A stretch of 64,000 nucleotides of DNA, taken from contig OZ241841.1 in NCBI GenBank assembly GCA_965202665.1, positions 416,001 through 480,000 of the forward strand. Direction: 5' to 3'. Of this stretch, positions 50,123-60,454 are shown piece after piece (position 1 is the first letter of the stretch; every line of letters begins with the position of its first letter). The translations under genes were made by a program, and so were the position numbers. The stretch is from Candidatus Spongiisociaceae bacterium (GTDB taxonomy: Bacteria; Actinomycetota; Acidimicrobiia; Spongiisociales; Spongiisociaceae). The notes below the pieces were generated by a model. That model made no database searches. It saw only the letters and a program-made list of their open reading frames with translations, and was not told the origin of the DNA.

Positions 50123-51669
50123 TCTTCGGCCCTCATCTGGGCGGCGGCCCGTCTTCCCGCCTCGGCGTCGTCGGCCACCACCAAAGTCAGCGTCTCCCCC
50201 TGTCGGCCCAGCAGGGCGTACACGTCCCCGCCCGGCCATTCCAAAGTGGTGCCCGACAGGGTGGAAATCCCCACCGGCAACCCGCCCACCAGGTCCACCA
50301 GGGCGGCGGCCATGCGCGAGGCGTCCGCGAAAGAGTCGCCCCGGTAGCGCACCGCCCACACCAGATGCCCCCGCTCCGGGTTCCACAGCAGTTGGAACCG
50401 GTCGCCCCCCCATCCCCGGGCGGCGTCGGCGGCCTGCGCGAACCGGCCTCCGCCGCCCAGCAGGGCCCGCCATCCCCGTTCCCCCCAAGTTCCCTCCTCC
50501 GCCGTCTCGTAGCCTTCCAACGCCACCGCGAACGGCTCCAGCGGGACGGGCGGCTCCATCCGGTTGTACAGGTCGGGGTGCAGCACCTGTTCGGTGGAGA
50601 CGGGCGGGGCGGCCAAAGCCCGGTCCAACCCGGTCGTCCCCTCCTGCCGGTAAAGATGCAGGGCCAGGGCGGAACCGGCCGCCGTCGCGAACCGGGCCTG
50701 CTCCGCCAGGAAGGGCGGCCCCTGGGCGAACCCGGGCCGGGCGTCGGCCGCGGCCTGCTCGGCCAGGGCCGCCCGCCGCTCCTCCGGCAGGGCGTCGGCG
50801 TACAAGGTCTGAACGAGGGCCGCCTCCCCGGCCAGCAACGCCCCCACGGCAGCCGCCCGGTCGGGATCGCCGTCTTCCGCCAAAGCCGAATGTTCCTCCA
50901 CCGTTTCCGGATAGTGCAGATGGGCCAGCATCCGGGTCAAAGCCCCCGCCAGGGCCCACTGCTGATACTCGTCCAACCCGTCCAAGCCCTCCCCCTCCCC
51001 CTCAGGTTGCGCCCCCTCCGGCGACGCAGCGTCTTCCCCTTCCCCCTCAGGTTGCGCCTGCGGCGGCGGGTCTTCTTCCCCGTCCGGCGGCTCCTCCCCC
51101 TCCCCCGCTTCGGCCTCCTCGGCGGGTTGCGGGGGGTCGGGGGTCAGCGGGATCACCACCCGTCCCCGTTCCGCCTGGTAGAAGGGCAGTTCCGGGGTGC
51201 GCCCCGTTTGAAAAGAACGGTAGAAGGATTCCAGGTCGGCTTCGGGGGGGAGCAGGTTGAACAAGTCCAGAAAAGCCCGCTCATAGTCTTCCGGGACGGT
51301 TGGGGGGGCCTCCGCCGCAGGTTGCGTCACCACCAACGGGAGGGAAGGAAACTTTCTCCCCCGCAACTGTTCGACGCGGGCGGTCAACTCGTTCACCTGT
51401 TCTTCCAAAGCACCGGGCAGGGGCGGACGGGGGGGGACGGTGGTGGTCGTGGTAGGCGGGAGGGTGGTGGTGGTGACGACGCGGGTGGCAGGGGGGACGG
51501 TGGTGGCGACGGAAACGGCGGAGGTGGCGGCCGGCGCGGCGGACGGGGGCGGGGCGGTGGGCCCGGCGGTTTCGGAACCGCACCCGGCGACTACCGCCAG
51601 CAGGACGGACAGTATCGTCGCCCGCAACGCGGGGCGGTTGAATATCACGGGTTTCACGGGCGATGCCAA
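50119..51669 (-). CDS. Putative lipoprotein (degenerate zincin-like secreted family)
   Basis: Lipobox VVAGC, Thr/Pro linker, PPVSTEQVLHP.Y and AARGWGGDRF motifs; no intact HExxH seen. Confidence 0.65.
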   Translation of the reverse strand: MASPVKPVIFNRPALRATILSVLLAVVAGCGSETAGPTAPPPSAAPAATSAVSVATTVPPATRVVTTTTLPPTTTTTVPPRPPLPGALEEQVNELTARVEQLRGRKFPSLPLVVTQPAAEAPPTVPEDYERAFLDLFNLLPPEADLESFYRSFQTGRTPELPFYQAERGRVVIPLTPDPPQPAEEAEAGEGEEPPDGEEDPPPQAQPEGEGEDAASPEGAQPEGEGEGLDGLDEYQQWALAGALTRMLAHLHYPETVEEHSALAEDGDPDRAAAVGALLAGEAALVQTLYADALPEERRAALAEQAAADARPGFAQGPPFLAEQARFATAAGSALALHLYRQEGTTGLDRALAAPPVSTEQVLHPDLYNRMEPPVPLEPFAVALEGYETAEEGTWGERGWRALLGGGGRFAQAADAARGWGGDRFQLLWNPERGHLVWAVRYRGDSFADASRMAAALVDLVGGLPVGISTLSGTTLEWPGGDVYALLGRQGETLTLVVADDAEAGRRAAAQMRAEE

Positions 51670-51733
51670 ACCAACAAGAGGAGGGTAGCGTTCCCCAACC
51701 CGTAAACGGGGTTGCGGTTGCCCGTATCATAGA

Positions 51734-53122
51734 ATGGAAACCGTGCGGATAGCGCTTATCTCCACCTACGAACTCGGCCATCAGCCGGTTCATCTGGCTT
51801 CGCCGGCCGCCGCCCTGCGCCGCCGGGGGCACCAGGTGGCCGTCTTGGATCTGGCGGTGCAGCCCTGGGACGAAGGCTTGGCAGAATGGGCGGAGGGGGT
51901 TGCGTTCAGCGTTCCCATGCACACCGCCCTGCGCCTGGCCACCCGGGCCGCCCGCCGCCTGCGGGAGGAGCGCACCGGTTTGCCGATCGCCGCCTACGGC
52001 CTGTACGCCCCGTCCGCCGAAGACGACCCGGCGTTTGACCGCGCCATCGGGGGGGAATACGAAACGGGGCTGGCGGAATGGGCGGAGGGGATAGGCCGGG
52101 GCCGGGCGGAGGCGGGGGCCTCCGTCTACCGGGGGCGCACGGTTTTCGAAGTGCCGGACCGGACCGGCCTGCCCTCCCTGGACCGCTACGCCCGGCTGGA
52201 AACGGGGGGCGTCCGGCGGTTGGCGGGGGCGGTGGAAAGCGGCCACGGATGCCGGCACCGTTGCCGCCACTGCCCGTTGCCCGCCGTCTACGACGGGCGG
52301 TTCCGGGCCGTTCCCCGGGAGACGGTCCTGGCCGACATCGGGCAACTGGCGGAGGCGGGGGCGGAGCATATTACCTTCGCCGACGCCGACTTTTTCAACG
52401 GCCCGCAACATTCGTTGCGCATCGTTCGGGAAATGCGCCGCCGCTGGCCCCGTCTCACCTTCGACGCCACCGTCAAAGTGGAGCATCTGCTGGTTCATTC
52501 CGGGCTGTTGGGGGAGTTGCGGGACAACGGGTGCCTGTTCGTAGTGTCGGCTTTTGAAAGTCTCAACGACCGCATACTGGAGATTTTGGACAAGGGGCAC
52601 ACCGCCGCCGAAGCGGGGGCGGCGTTGCATCTGGTTCGGCGGGCCGGGCTGGAAATCCACCCCACCTGGCTGCCGTTCACGCCTTGGACGGAGATGGGGG
52701 ACGTAGCCGACATTTTCGCTTTTGTGGCGGATCACGACCTGGTGGAAATCACCGACCCGGTGCAACTGTCCATCCGGCTGTTGGTTCCCCGCCGGTCGTT
52801 GCTGGCCGACCACGCGGAGTTTGCGCCCCACCGGGGGGAATACGACCCGGAGGCGGCCACTTACCGATGGCGCTCCCCCGACCCGGGGGTGGATGAGTTG
52901 GCCGAGCGCCTGGCGGCCATCGCGGAAGAGGGGACGGGCCGGCCGCCCCGGGAAACTTTTACCCGAATGCGGAGGGCGGTGCGGGAGGCGGCCGGTGGCG
53001 ACCGGCGTTTGGCGGAGGCCATTCCCGGAGGAGCGACGGAGGGGAGGCCGCGGCTAACCGAGCCGTGGTTCTGCTGAGCGGAACCCACCGCGGACCAGTT
53101 AGGTTCGCTAACCCCAACCTAA
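51734..53122 (+). CDS. CUAEP-tail radical SAM selenoprotein (UGA at 53075-53077 read as Sec)
   Basis: ISTYELGHQP N-terminus, CRHRCRHC radical SAM motif, EPWFC-TGA-AEPT continuing to TAA at 53120-53122. Confidence 0.9.
53078..53108 (+). promoter_or_regulatory. Putative bacterial SECIS hairpin
   Basis: GCGGAACC...GGTTCGC stem immediately 3' of the in-frame UGA. Confidence 0.65.
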
Positions 53123-53241
53123 AACCGGCCCCGCCGTTTCCCCCGCCCGCATCTCGGCCCTAAACATCCGAAAAATATTTTCCGGTTTTGGACGCGGCGG
53201 GTTTAATCCTGTGATAACGTAGAGGAATAAGGGCAAGCGAG

Positions 53242-54772
53242 ATGCACCAGCAAACCAACCCAATGTTTGAAACACCGCCAAAGATAGCACTGTGGGCAGT
53301 CGTAACATTACTGTTAGCAGGTTGCGCTAGTGCCTCCAACAGCTCCTCTGCGTCCACCATCAACGATGGGATTGTTCCATTGTATTTGGAGGAGGTGGTT
53401 CCGCCGTGTGTTCCCACTGAGTTGGAACCTGATCCTTGTCCGCCGGATTTACCTGCTCATATTGTAGAATCTAACCATCAGGGGCTTGCTGCCGTGCTTA
53501 TGCGTGGTTCCTTCCTTCAATGAAAGGCTATTGTGGGATCCCCAAATGGATGGATCTAGTAGTATCCATATTGTTGTAAGAGGAACTGTTAAAACCAACA
53601 CTACCAGATGCGATCTCTATAAAGATAAAGTAGCTGATTATGTAGTAAAGTTATATACAACAATTCGTGTGGTTGATCAATACCTAGTAGATTATTATGA
53701 TTATAATTGCTTTGCAGAAGTCGCAGTGAAAGAATATATAGTAGGCGAAGGCCCACCTTCTCTAACAGTAATAACTTATAAACAAGGTATGCATAGGAGT
53801 CATCTAGATTCTGAGGGAAATGTTAGTGATTATTTCTTAGAATATATTGATCCCAAAACGAAAGCAATCGCTCATGAAGGTAGAGAAATTATCTTTTTCC
53901 TGGGTCCTTCTCCGTCTATAGAAGTAGAGGCCTGGGCTGGATTAGGGGGTGGAAGCATGTGGTTCCTGCAACAGACCGAAGATGGCATAAGGGCCATAGC
54001 TGATTACTATCGAATAGCCGTACTAGAAGAACATCGCCAAAAATTGAATCTGCCGCTAGATGAAATGATAGAAGACATCAAACAAGCCGCCATAAATAGA
54101 GCCACCCTGACCGGAGGACGGATAGGAACCGATCCGGAACTACCCATGTATATTACCGATGCCAACAAACTACGCGACCACTATATCGAAGTAGGAGCCG
54201 TATACGATGCTACCGAACAAGCAACCAAATTACCTCCACCGGTTCCTGGGGAAGGTGATCCTCCTGCGCCTACTATTCCAACCAACGATGGAACGACGGG
54301 AACCACCGTACCGGCACCGGGGGCAGAACCGACCATTCCACCACCGACGGATGATGCGGGACTTTCCATCGAGCAGGAAACCACAACCACCACCGAAACA
54401 ACTACTACCACCACCACCACCACAACAGAGGTTGCGTCCGTAGTGTCGACCACTACCGAACCGGTGGCAACCACGACCACTACTGCGGGAACCGTAACGG
54501 AACCTGTCACTGGTACGACTACCACATCCACCACAACTACATCGGAACCACCGGGCGGGGAAAATGATGCTCCGTCTGTGAATGTCGGTCCTCCGGAAGA
54601 AGAACAGACCACCACCACTACAGAAACGCCAGAGTCAGGGGAAGGCGACATTCCGGAGGAAACCCCCTCAACAACCGTCCCAGCCGGCGACAGCATTCCC
54701 CCGCCCGCCGAAGACAACCAACCCGGCCAAGAACCGGCGCCTGCCGGCCCGGTTGATGAACCCGCAAGCTAA
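53242..54772 (+). pseudogene. Low-GC surface lipoprotein with Thr/Pro/Glu-rich tail, split by a frameshift near 53486-53523
   Basis: Lipobox LLLAGC in ORF 53242-53523; body in +1 frame ORF 53486-54772 without its own signal peptide. Confidence 0.65.
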
Positions 54773-54900
54773 TCCAATGTTTGACGCTCCGGCGCCCGGC
54801 GGGGCGGCGCCTATCCGTCCGCCGGTTCAACCGGCTAGCGATGTTCCGGCGCCGACGGGGGTGGTTCGGTTAGCGGCGCGGAGGGGTTATCATCGGGGAG

Positions 54901-55680
54901 ATGGAAATACCGGTTGACAGCTGGGGCGACCGCCCGGGGGACTATGTGCCGCCCGGCGGGTGGTTGCGGACGGCGTGGAACTACTGCTGGAAACACGGCC
55001 TGACGCAACCTTTCCCGCACGACTCCGAAACGTTGGACGGCCTGCGGCGGGGACTGCGCGCCCATCTGCGGGAACGAGGGGCCCCCTCCTACAAGTTGGA
55101 GGCCCTGGCCGACTGGGGGATGGACCAGTACCACGTCAAACGGCGGCGGCGGGCCGAGCCGCAACCCTCCTACGAGGAGCGAACCAGAATGCTGGGGCGG
55201 CCCCCGATACGGCCCCGGCCTTATCTGCTGATACCGGAACTGCCGCCCATGATGCGCCCGCCCAACATCCGGGGCCGTTTCCGCCCGTTGGTGCAGTACT
55301 GCAAAGACTGGGCGGCGCAACCGGCGCACCGGGGGAAGATGATGGCCGACCGGCCGCCCTCCGACACCGAACCAGCCATGGCGGCCTCCATCGCGGCGGT
55401 GGTGCACGCGCTGTGCGACCTGGACGAACTCCCCCCGGCGGAATGGGTGTACGAATACCGCTTCCCGTATCCGATGGGCCCGTGGGGGACAATGCCCCTC
55501 GACCTACAAAAAAGCTATGACAGGAGAATGATCGCCGAAGCGCCCGCCGCCTGCGCCTATCACAATGTCTTCTTCGACGACTCCTTCATTGAAGGGCCGT
55601 TGTGGATCAACCCCCCCGTGGACAACCCGATCAGCCCGGAACGAATACCGCCCCGCTACCGCAATGCCGCAACGGCCTGA
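54901..55680 (+). CDS. Hypothetical protein, possible antitoxin partner
   Basis: GGGAG RBS; overlaps downstream nucleotidyltransferase; AAVVHALC...PPAEWV C-terminal region. Confidence 0.6.
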   Translation: MEIPVDSWGDRPGDYVPPGGWLRTAWNYCWKHGLTQPFPHDSETLDGLRRGLRAHLRERGAPSYKLEALADWGMDQYHVKRRRRAEPQPSYEERTRMLGRPPIRPRPYLLIPELPPMMRPPNIRGRFRPLVQYCKDWAAQPAHRGKMMADRPPSDTEPAMAASIAAVVHALCDLDELPPAEWVYEYRFPYPMGPWGTMPLDLQKSYDRRMIAEAPAACAYHNVFFDDSFIEGPLWINPPVDNPISPERIPPRYRNAATA

Positions 55681-56314
55681 GCAGGAACTGGACGGCCGGC
55701 GCATCCTGGAGCTGTACGGCAAAATCGACTCCCGGCTGAAAAGGCCCACCGAGGTGCTGGTAGTGGGCGGGGCCGCCCTGGCGGTGCATTGGTTCGTAAA
55801 AGGAACCTACCCGCGCGGCACGGCCGACATAGACGCCGCCCATACGCAATCGGTTTTCACCGACCCGCGCCGCACCACCTTCATAATCGATACCATCAAC
55901 CCTTTTTTGCCTCCCCATCTGCAACAAGTGTTGGACGATGTAGCGCAACGAGAAGGGTTGGAAGAAGATTGGTTCAACAACAAGGTGATCAACACCATGC
56001 CGGACGGAGTGGAATATGAGCCGCTGATGGCTTATCGCGGGGAACGGTTGGGCGTTTACCGGCCCAGCCTGAAAATTCTGCTGGCTATGAAACTCAAATC
56101 ATCCCGGCGGCACAAGGACTTGGAAGACGCGGCGCGGCTGGCGGATGAAACCGGAATCCATCTGGTCCGGGATCTGACGGACCTGGTGGAAGAGGTCTAC
56201 GGGCCCGGGCAGATCACCCCGCGGGTGGAAGAGTTCATTGACAGGACGGTGGAACAATACCTGCAACTGCGCTGGCAAAAGGCCGGACGGGAGATTGACC
56301 TCCGGGACTGGTAG
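55664..56314 (+). CDS. DUF6036/AbiEii-like nucleotidyltransferase
   Basis: VVGGAAL, R.TADID, WFNN, LLAMKL...R.KDLED motifs. Confidence 0.82.
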   Translation: MPQRPEQELDGRRILELYGKIDSRLKRPTEVLVVGGAALAVHWFVKGTYPRGTADIDAAHTQSVFTDPRRTTFIIDTINPFLPPHLQQVLDDVAQREGLEEDWFNNKVINTMPDGVEYEPLMAYRGERLGVYRPSLKILLAMKLKSSRRHKDLEDAARLADETGIHLVRDLTDLVEEVYGPGQITPRVEEFIDRTVEQYLQLRWQKAGREIDLRDW

Positions 56315-56332
56315 AGGATGTGCACCGGCCGG

Positions 56333-58069
56333 TCAGGCCAGGCCCATATGGGCGGCTAAGGCGTCGGCTACCGAACCGGCCTGGGACGCAATCCGCCCCT
56401 CCAGGCGGAACGGGTCGGTCCCTTCCGGGACGAAGCCGGGCAGGTCAACGTAGATTTTCAGTTTCGGTTCGGTTCCGCTGGGACGGGCCAAAGTGCGGCC
56501 CCCGCCCTCCAAATCCAGGGCGATCACCGGCGCGGCGTTCCGCCAGCGGGGACGGGTTTCGTCGCCGAACCGGTAATCGGTCACCCCCCGCACCGCCCGC
56601 CCGGCCAACTCCGCCGGAGGCGAATCCCCCAGTTTTTCCATCGCCCCCTCCAACTCCTCCTTCCCGCCCGGCCCGGGCCGGGCCACGCTCCGTTGCGCGG
56701 AAGCCCACAACCCGAACCGCCGGTAGAGGGAGGACAGCCGGTCCGTGAGCGTCGTCCCCGACCGGCGGCATTCGGCGGCCAGATCGGCCAAAGCCAGGGC
56801 CGCCCCCACCCCGTCTTTGTCCCGCACCACCGAACCCACCGCATAACCCAGCGCCTCCTCGTAGCCGAAGGCGAACCGAACCGGGTGGTCCGCTCCCCCG
56901 GCCGCCTCCGCCTCCAATTCCATGGCGGCGGCGGCGATCCATTTGAAACCGGTGAAAGTGGTCTCGCAGCGGGCCCCGTGGGCGGCCGCCACCGCCCCCA
57001 GCATGGGCGAAGAGACGATGGTGTTCAACACCAGGGGGGCGGCCTCCTCCCCCGGCGGAAAATGGGACAGGACGTAGTCGGCCAGCAGAATCCCCACCTG
57101 GTTGCCGGTCAGAACCTTCCAGCCGCCGCCGCGGGGAACCGCCGCCGCCAGCCGGTCGGCGTCCGGGTCGTTGGCCAGCAACAGGTCGGCCCCCGTCTCC
57201 TCCGCCAAGTCCAAAGCCAAATCCAGGGCCCCCGGCTCCTCCGGGTTGGGAAAGGCAACGGTGGGAAACCGCCCGTCCGGCTCCGTCTGCTCCGGCACCG
57301 GACGCACCTCCCGGTACCCGGCCCGCCCCAAAACTTCCCGCACCGGCCCCCATCCCACCCCGTGCAACGGGGTGTAAACGATGCGCAGCGACCCGTCCCC
57401 CGCCCCGGCCGGGCGCAAAGCGGCCAAGTCCCGGAAGTAGTCTTCCAGGGTTTCCCGGCCGATGGGCTCCGCCCCGGCCAACCCTTCCCGCATCGGCACC
57501 CGGTTGGCCGGGCCCGCCCGTTCCATGGCGGCGGCGATGGCCGCGTCGGCGGGCGGGACGATCTGGGCCCCGGCCCCGTCGTACACTTTGAACCCGTTGT
57601 CCCGGGGCGGGTTGTGGCTGGCGGTGATCACCACCGCCGCGCACGCCCCCAGGGACAGGGCGGAATAGGCGACCAGCGGGGTGGCGACCGGTTCCTCCCA
57701 GAAACGGACCGGCAAACCGGCCGCGGTCAGAACTCCCACCGCATCGGCCATGAAACGGGCGCTGGAAAGGCGGGCGTCCCTCCCCACCGCCACCGGGCCG
57801 GGCGGAACCCCCCCATGGCGCTCCAAAAGAAAGTCGGCCAGGCCGCGGGCGGCCCGGATCACCACCGCCCGGTTCATCCGGTTGGAACCGGCCTCCACCG
57901 CCCCCCGCAAACCGGCCGTCCCGAAAGCCAGGTTTCCCGCCATCCGGTCGGCCACCTCCGCCCCGTCCCCGGATTCCATCAGCCGGGCCAACTCGGCCCT
58001 GGTTTCCGGGTCGGGGTCGCCTTCCATCCACCGCCGGGCCCGTTCCGCAACCCGGGCCGGGCCGGTCAT
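56333..58069 (-). CDS. Phosphomannomutase/phosphoglucomutase
   Basis: FGTAGLRG, TASHNP, NDPDADR, YEEALGY, RPSGTEPKLK. Confidence 0.95.
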   Translation of the reverse strand: MTGPARVAERARRWMEGDPDPETRAELARLMESGDGAEVADRMAGNLAFGTAGLRGAVEAGSNRMNRAVVIRAARGLADFLLERHGGVPPGPVAVGRDARLSSARFMADAVGVLTAAGLPVRFWEEPVATPLVAYSALSLGACAAVVITASHNPPRDNGFKVYDGAGAQIVPPADAAIAAAMERAGPANRVPMREGLAGAEPIGRETLEDYFRDLAALRPAGAGDGSLRIVYTPLHGVGWGPVREVLGRAGYREVRPVPEQTEPDGRFPTVAFPNPEEPGALDLALDLAEETGADLLLANDPDADRLAAAVPRGGGWKVLTGNQVGILLADYVLSHFPPGEEAAPLVLNTIVSSPMLGAVAAAHGARCETTFTGFKWIAAAAMELEAEAAGGADHPVRFAFGYEEALGYAVGSVVRDKDGVGAALALADLAAECRRSGTTLTDRLSSLYRRFGLWASAQRSVARPGPGGKEELEGAMEKLGDSPPAELAGRAVRGVTDYRFGDETRPRWRNAAPVIALDLEGGGRTLARPSGTEPKLKIYVDLPGFVPEGTDPFRLEGRIASQAGSVADALAAHMGLA

Positions 58070-59037
58070 AGGATGGCGTACGCCTTGGGCCTCGACTCTT
58101 TGGGTTCCATCTGCTGCGCCGTCATCAGCAACTCCCCTTCGGCGGTCAGCTCCGCCTCCCCCACCACCAGCGGGGCGATCAACCGGCTGTCCTCGTCCGC
58201 CCACTGGTAGGTGACGGTGAACAGCGAACCGGTGATGGACTCCTGCACCCACTCCTCCTCCGGTTCCAGTTCGCCGTCTTCGGCCAGGCAGGCCACTTTG
58301 GCGCTGGTTCCGGTCCCGCACGGCGAACGGTCGTAGGTTCCGCTGGGGCACAGCACGAAGTTGCGGGAGTCGGCTTCCGGAACGGTGGGCGGCCCGTACA
58401 ATTCGATATGGTCCACGTCTTTGTAACCGGAGTCGCGGGCGCCGGCCATAATCGCCTTGGTGATGGAAAGCAGATCCTCCACCGGCTGGCCCAAGTCGAT
58501 CTCCGGGCTTTTCACCAGCAGGAAAGTGTTGCCGCCGTAGGCGATGTCGGCGGTCACCTCCCCCACCCCTTCGGCCTTCAAGGTGACGTCGGAGGCCAGG
58601 CGGCGGCTGGGAACATTGCTCAACGCCACTTTGCCGTCCGGGAGGCATTCCACATGCACCGACCCCACCGGGGTGTCCAGCCGGTGGGAGCCTTCCCCGA
58701 TGCGGCCCAGGGCGCGCAGGGTGTGGGCCAGCCCGATGGCCCCGTGCCCGCACATTCCGATCACCTCCGCCTGATCGAAGAAGATGACCCCGGCGGCCGC
58801 TTGCGGCGTGTCGGGCTGGACCAGCAGGGCGGCCACCATGGCCTCGTTGCCGCGCGGCTCCGCCACCACCGCCCGCGTCAGGCCGCCGAAACGGCGGGCC
58901 AGGTCTCCCCGCCGTTTGGCAACCGACTGCCCCTGCAAGGCGGGGAAGCCGTCGGTGATAACCCGGGTGGGCATCCCACCGGTGTGGGAGTCGATCACCG
59001 AAATTCTGGAAAAGTCGTTGGACGTTATTTGAGTCAT
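58066..59037 (-). CDS. Proline racemase family, probable 4-hydroxyproline 2-epimerase
   Basis: DSHTGGMPTR, MCGHG and DRSPCGTGTSA two-Cys active site; gene context. Confidence 0.88.
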   Translation of the reverse strand: MTQITSNDFSRISVIDSHTGGMPTRVITDGFPALQGQSVAKRRGDLARRFGGLTRAVVAEPRGNEAMVAALLVQPDTPQAAAGVIFFDQAEVIGMCGHGAIGLAHTLRALGRIGEGSHRLDTPVGSVHVECLPDGKVALSNVPSRRLASDVTLKAEGVGEVTADIAYGGNTFLLVKSPEIDLGQPVEDLLSITKAIMAGARDSGYKDVDHIELYGPPTVPEADSRNFVLCPSGTYDRSPCGTGTSAKVACLAEDGELEPEEEWVQESITGSLFTVTYQWADEDSRLIAPLVVGEAELTAEGELLMTAQQMEPKESRPKAYAIL

Positions 59038-60335
59038 TGGAATCTCTCCGGCGAACAGGGTCCTATGTCAATTTCAGTTGGCTCCCCGCATATTACCCGC
59101 GTCGCCAGCCGTCCGGTGGCCGGAGCCAAAGAAAGTCCGAGCAGGGCGTGCCCGGCGGCGTAAGTCAAATTGCGCCACCCGGGGGCCCGGCCGATTACGG
59201 GGAGCCCGTCCGGGGTCACCGGACGGAACCCCGCCCACCGTTGCGCCACCCGCAGGTCGGAGTCCAGTTGGAGGCGGGAACGTGCGTTGCGCTCCACCTG
59301 CGCCAAGCGGGCGGGGGGCAGGCGGGAGTCCAGCCGCCCCAGTTCGAACCAGCCGCTCATCCGCAGGAGATCCCCCATCGGGGCCACCGCCACGTATTTT
59401 TCCCCCAGCAACATGCGGAGCCGGGGGCCGCGGCGGGGGCGGCGCACCGTGATGCTGTAACCTTTGGCGGGCTGAATGGGCAGGCGGTTGCCGAACCGGG
59501 CGGCCAACTGCGGGGTCCAAACCCCGGCGGCCAGCACCGCCTCCCCCGTCCGGATTTCCCCCCGGGTGGTGATCAGGCGCCGCACCGTTCCGCCTCCGGT
59601 TTCCGCCCCCAGGACTTCGGTGTTGGGAACCACTTTCACCCCCCGCCGGACGGCCGCCTCCGCCAACCCGGCCATGAACCGGCCCGGGTCCAGCCCGGCG
59701 TCGTCCGGGTAGAAGACCGCTCCCGTCACCGACCCGTTCAAAGCCGGTTCTTTTTCCCGCGCCCCGTCCCCGTCCAGAATTTGGATGGGGACCCCGAATT
59801 TGGCCTCCCATTCCGCCCGGCGGCGCCCTTCGGCGAACTCCCGCCCGCCGCCGAACACGTTCAACAGGCCGTTCGGCTCATAGGCGCATTCGATTCCCTC
59901 CGCAGCCAGCCATTCTTTGAACAGTCCGGCGCTCAGGTTGCCGAGGGCGGCCAGCGCCGGAGCGGCCGCTTCCACCGCCTGCGGCCGGCAGTTGCGCAGA
60001 AAAGCCGCCGCCCACCGCCACAGGCCGGGGCTGAGGGGGGAGCGGACGGTCACCGGGCCTTTTCCGCTCAGCATGGAACGCACCGCGAGGGAGAACATCC
60101 CCGGCTCCGGCACCGGTATCACATGGCTGGGAACCACGAACCCGGCGTTGCCCGACGAAGTCCCCACCCCCACCGAGCCCCGTTCGATGACCGTAGTGTC
60201 CACTCCCCGCCCGGCCAGTTGGTAGGCGATGGACATTCCGACCGCGCCCGCCCCCACCACCACCGCCTCCGCCGCGTCGGGCAGGGCGCCCGCGGCGGTC
60301 CCGTCGGCGTTGCGTTCGCTGCCAGGTTGGCTCAC
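59034..60335 (-). CDS. FAD-dependent D-amino acid dehydrogenase (probable D-hydroxyproline dehydrogenase)
   Basis: VVGAGAVG, SSGNAG, AKGYS, WAGFRPVTPDGLPVIG, GH..LG.SLAP.TG. Confidence 0.88.
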   Translation of the reverse strand: MSQPGSERNADGTAAGALPDAAEAVVVGAGAVGMSIAYQLAGRGVDTTVIERGSVGVGTSSGNAGFVVPSHVIPVPEPGMFSLAVRSMLSGKGPVTVRSPLSPGLWRWAAAFLRNCRPQAVEAAAPALAALGNLSAGLFKEWLAAEGIECAYEPNGLLNVFGGGREFAEGRRRAEWEAKFGVPIQILDGDGAREKEPALNGSVTGAVFYPDDAGLDPGRFMAGLAEAAVRRGVKVVPNTEVLGAETGGGTVRRLITTRGEIRTGEAVLAAGVWTPQLAARFGNRLPIQPAKGYSITVRRPRRGPRLRMLLGEKYVAVAPMGDLLRMSGWFELGRLDSRLPPARLAQVERNARSRLQLDSDLRVAQRWAGFRPVTPDGLPVIGRAPGWRNLTYAAGHALLGLSLAPATGRLATRVICGEPTEIDIGPCSPERFQ

Positions 60336-60454
60336 CTCGACTCCTCCAGGCCGATTCCGGACCCGGCGCCCCGGACCGCCCGGCCAACTATGATTGCCGC
60401 GTAAGCAAACGGCGGGCGGGCGACCGGTTCGCCCGGCAACAAGGAGTGTAATCC

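Noticed and set aside
50985-51060. Duplicated AQPEGEGE-coding segment in the lipoprotein
   Set aside because: Short in-frame low-complexity linker duplication with no switching potential
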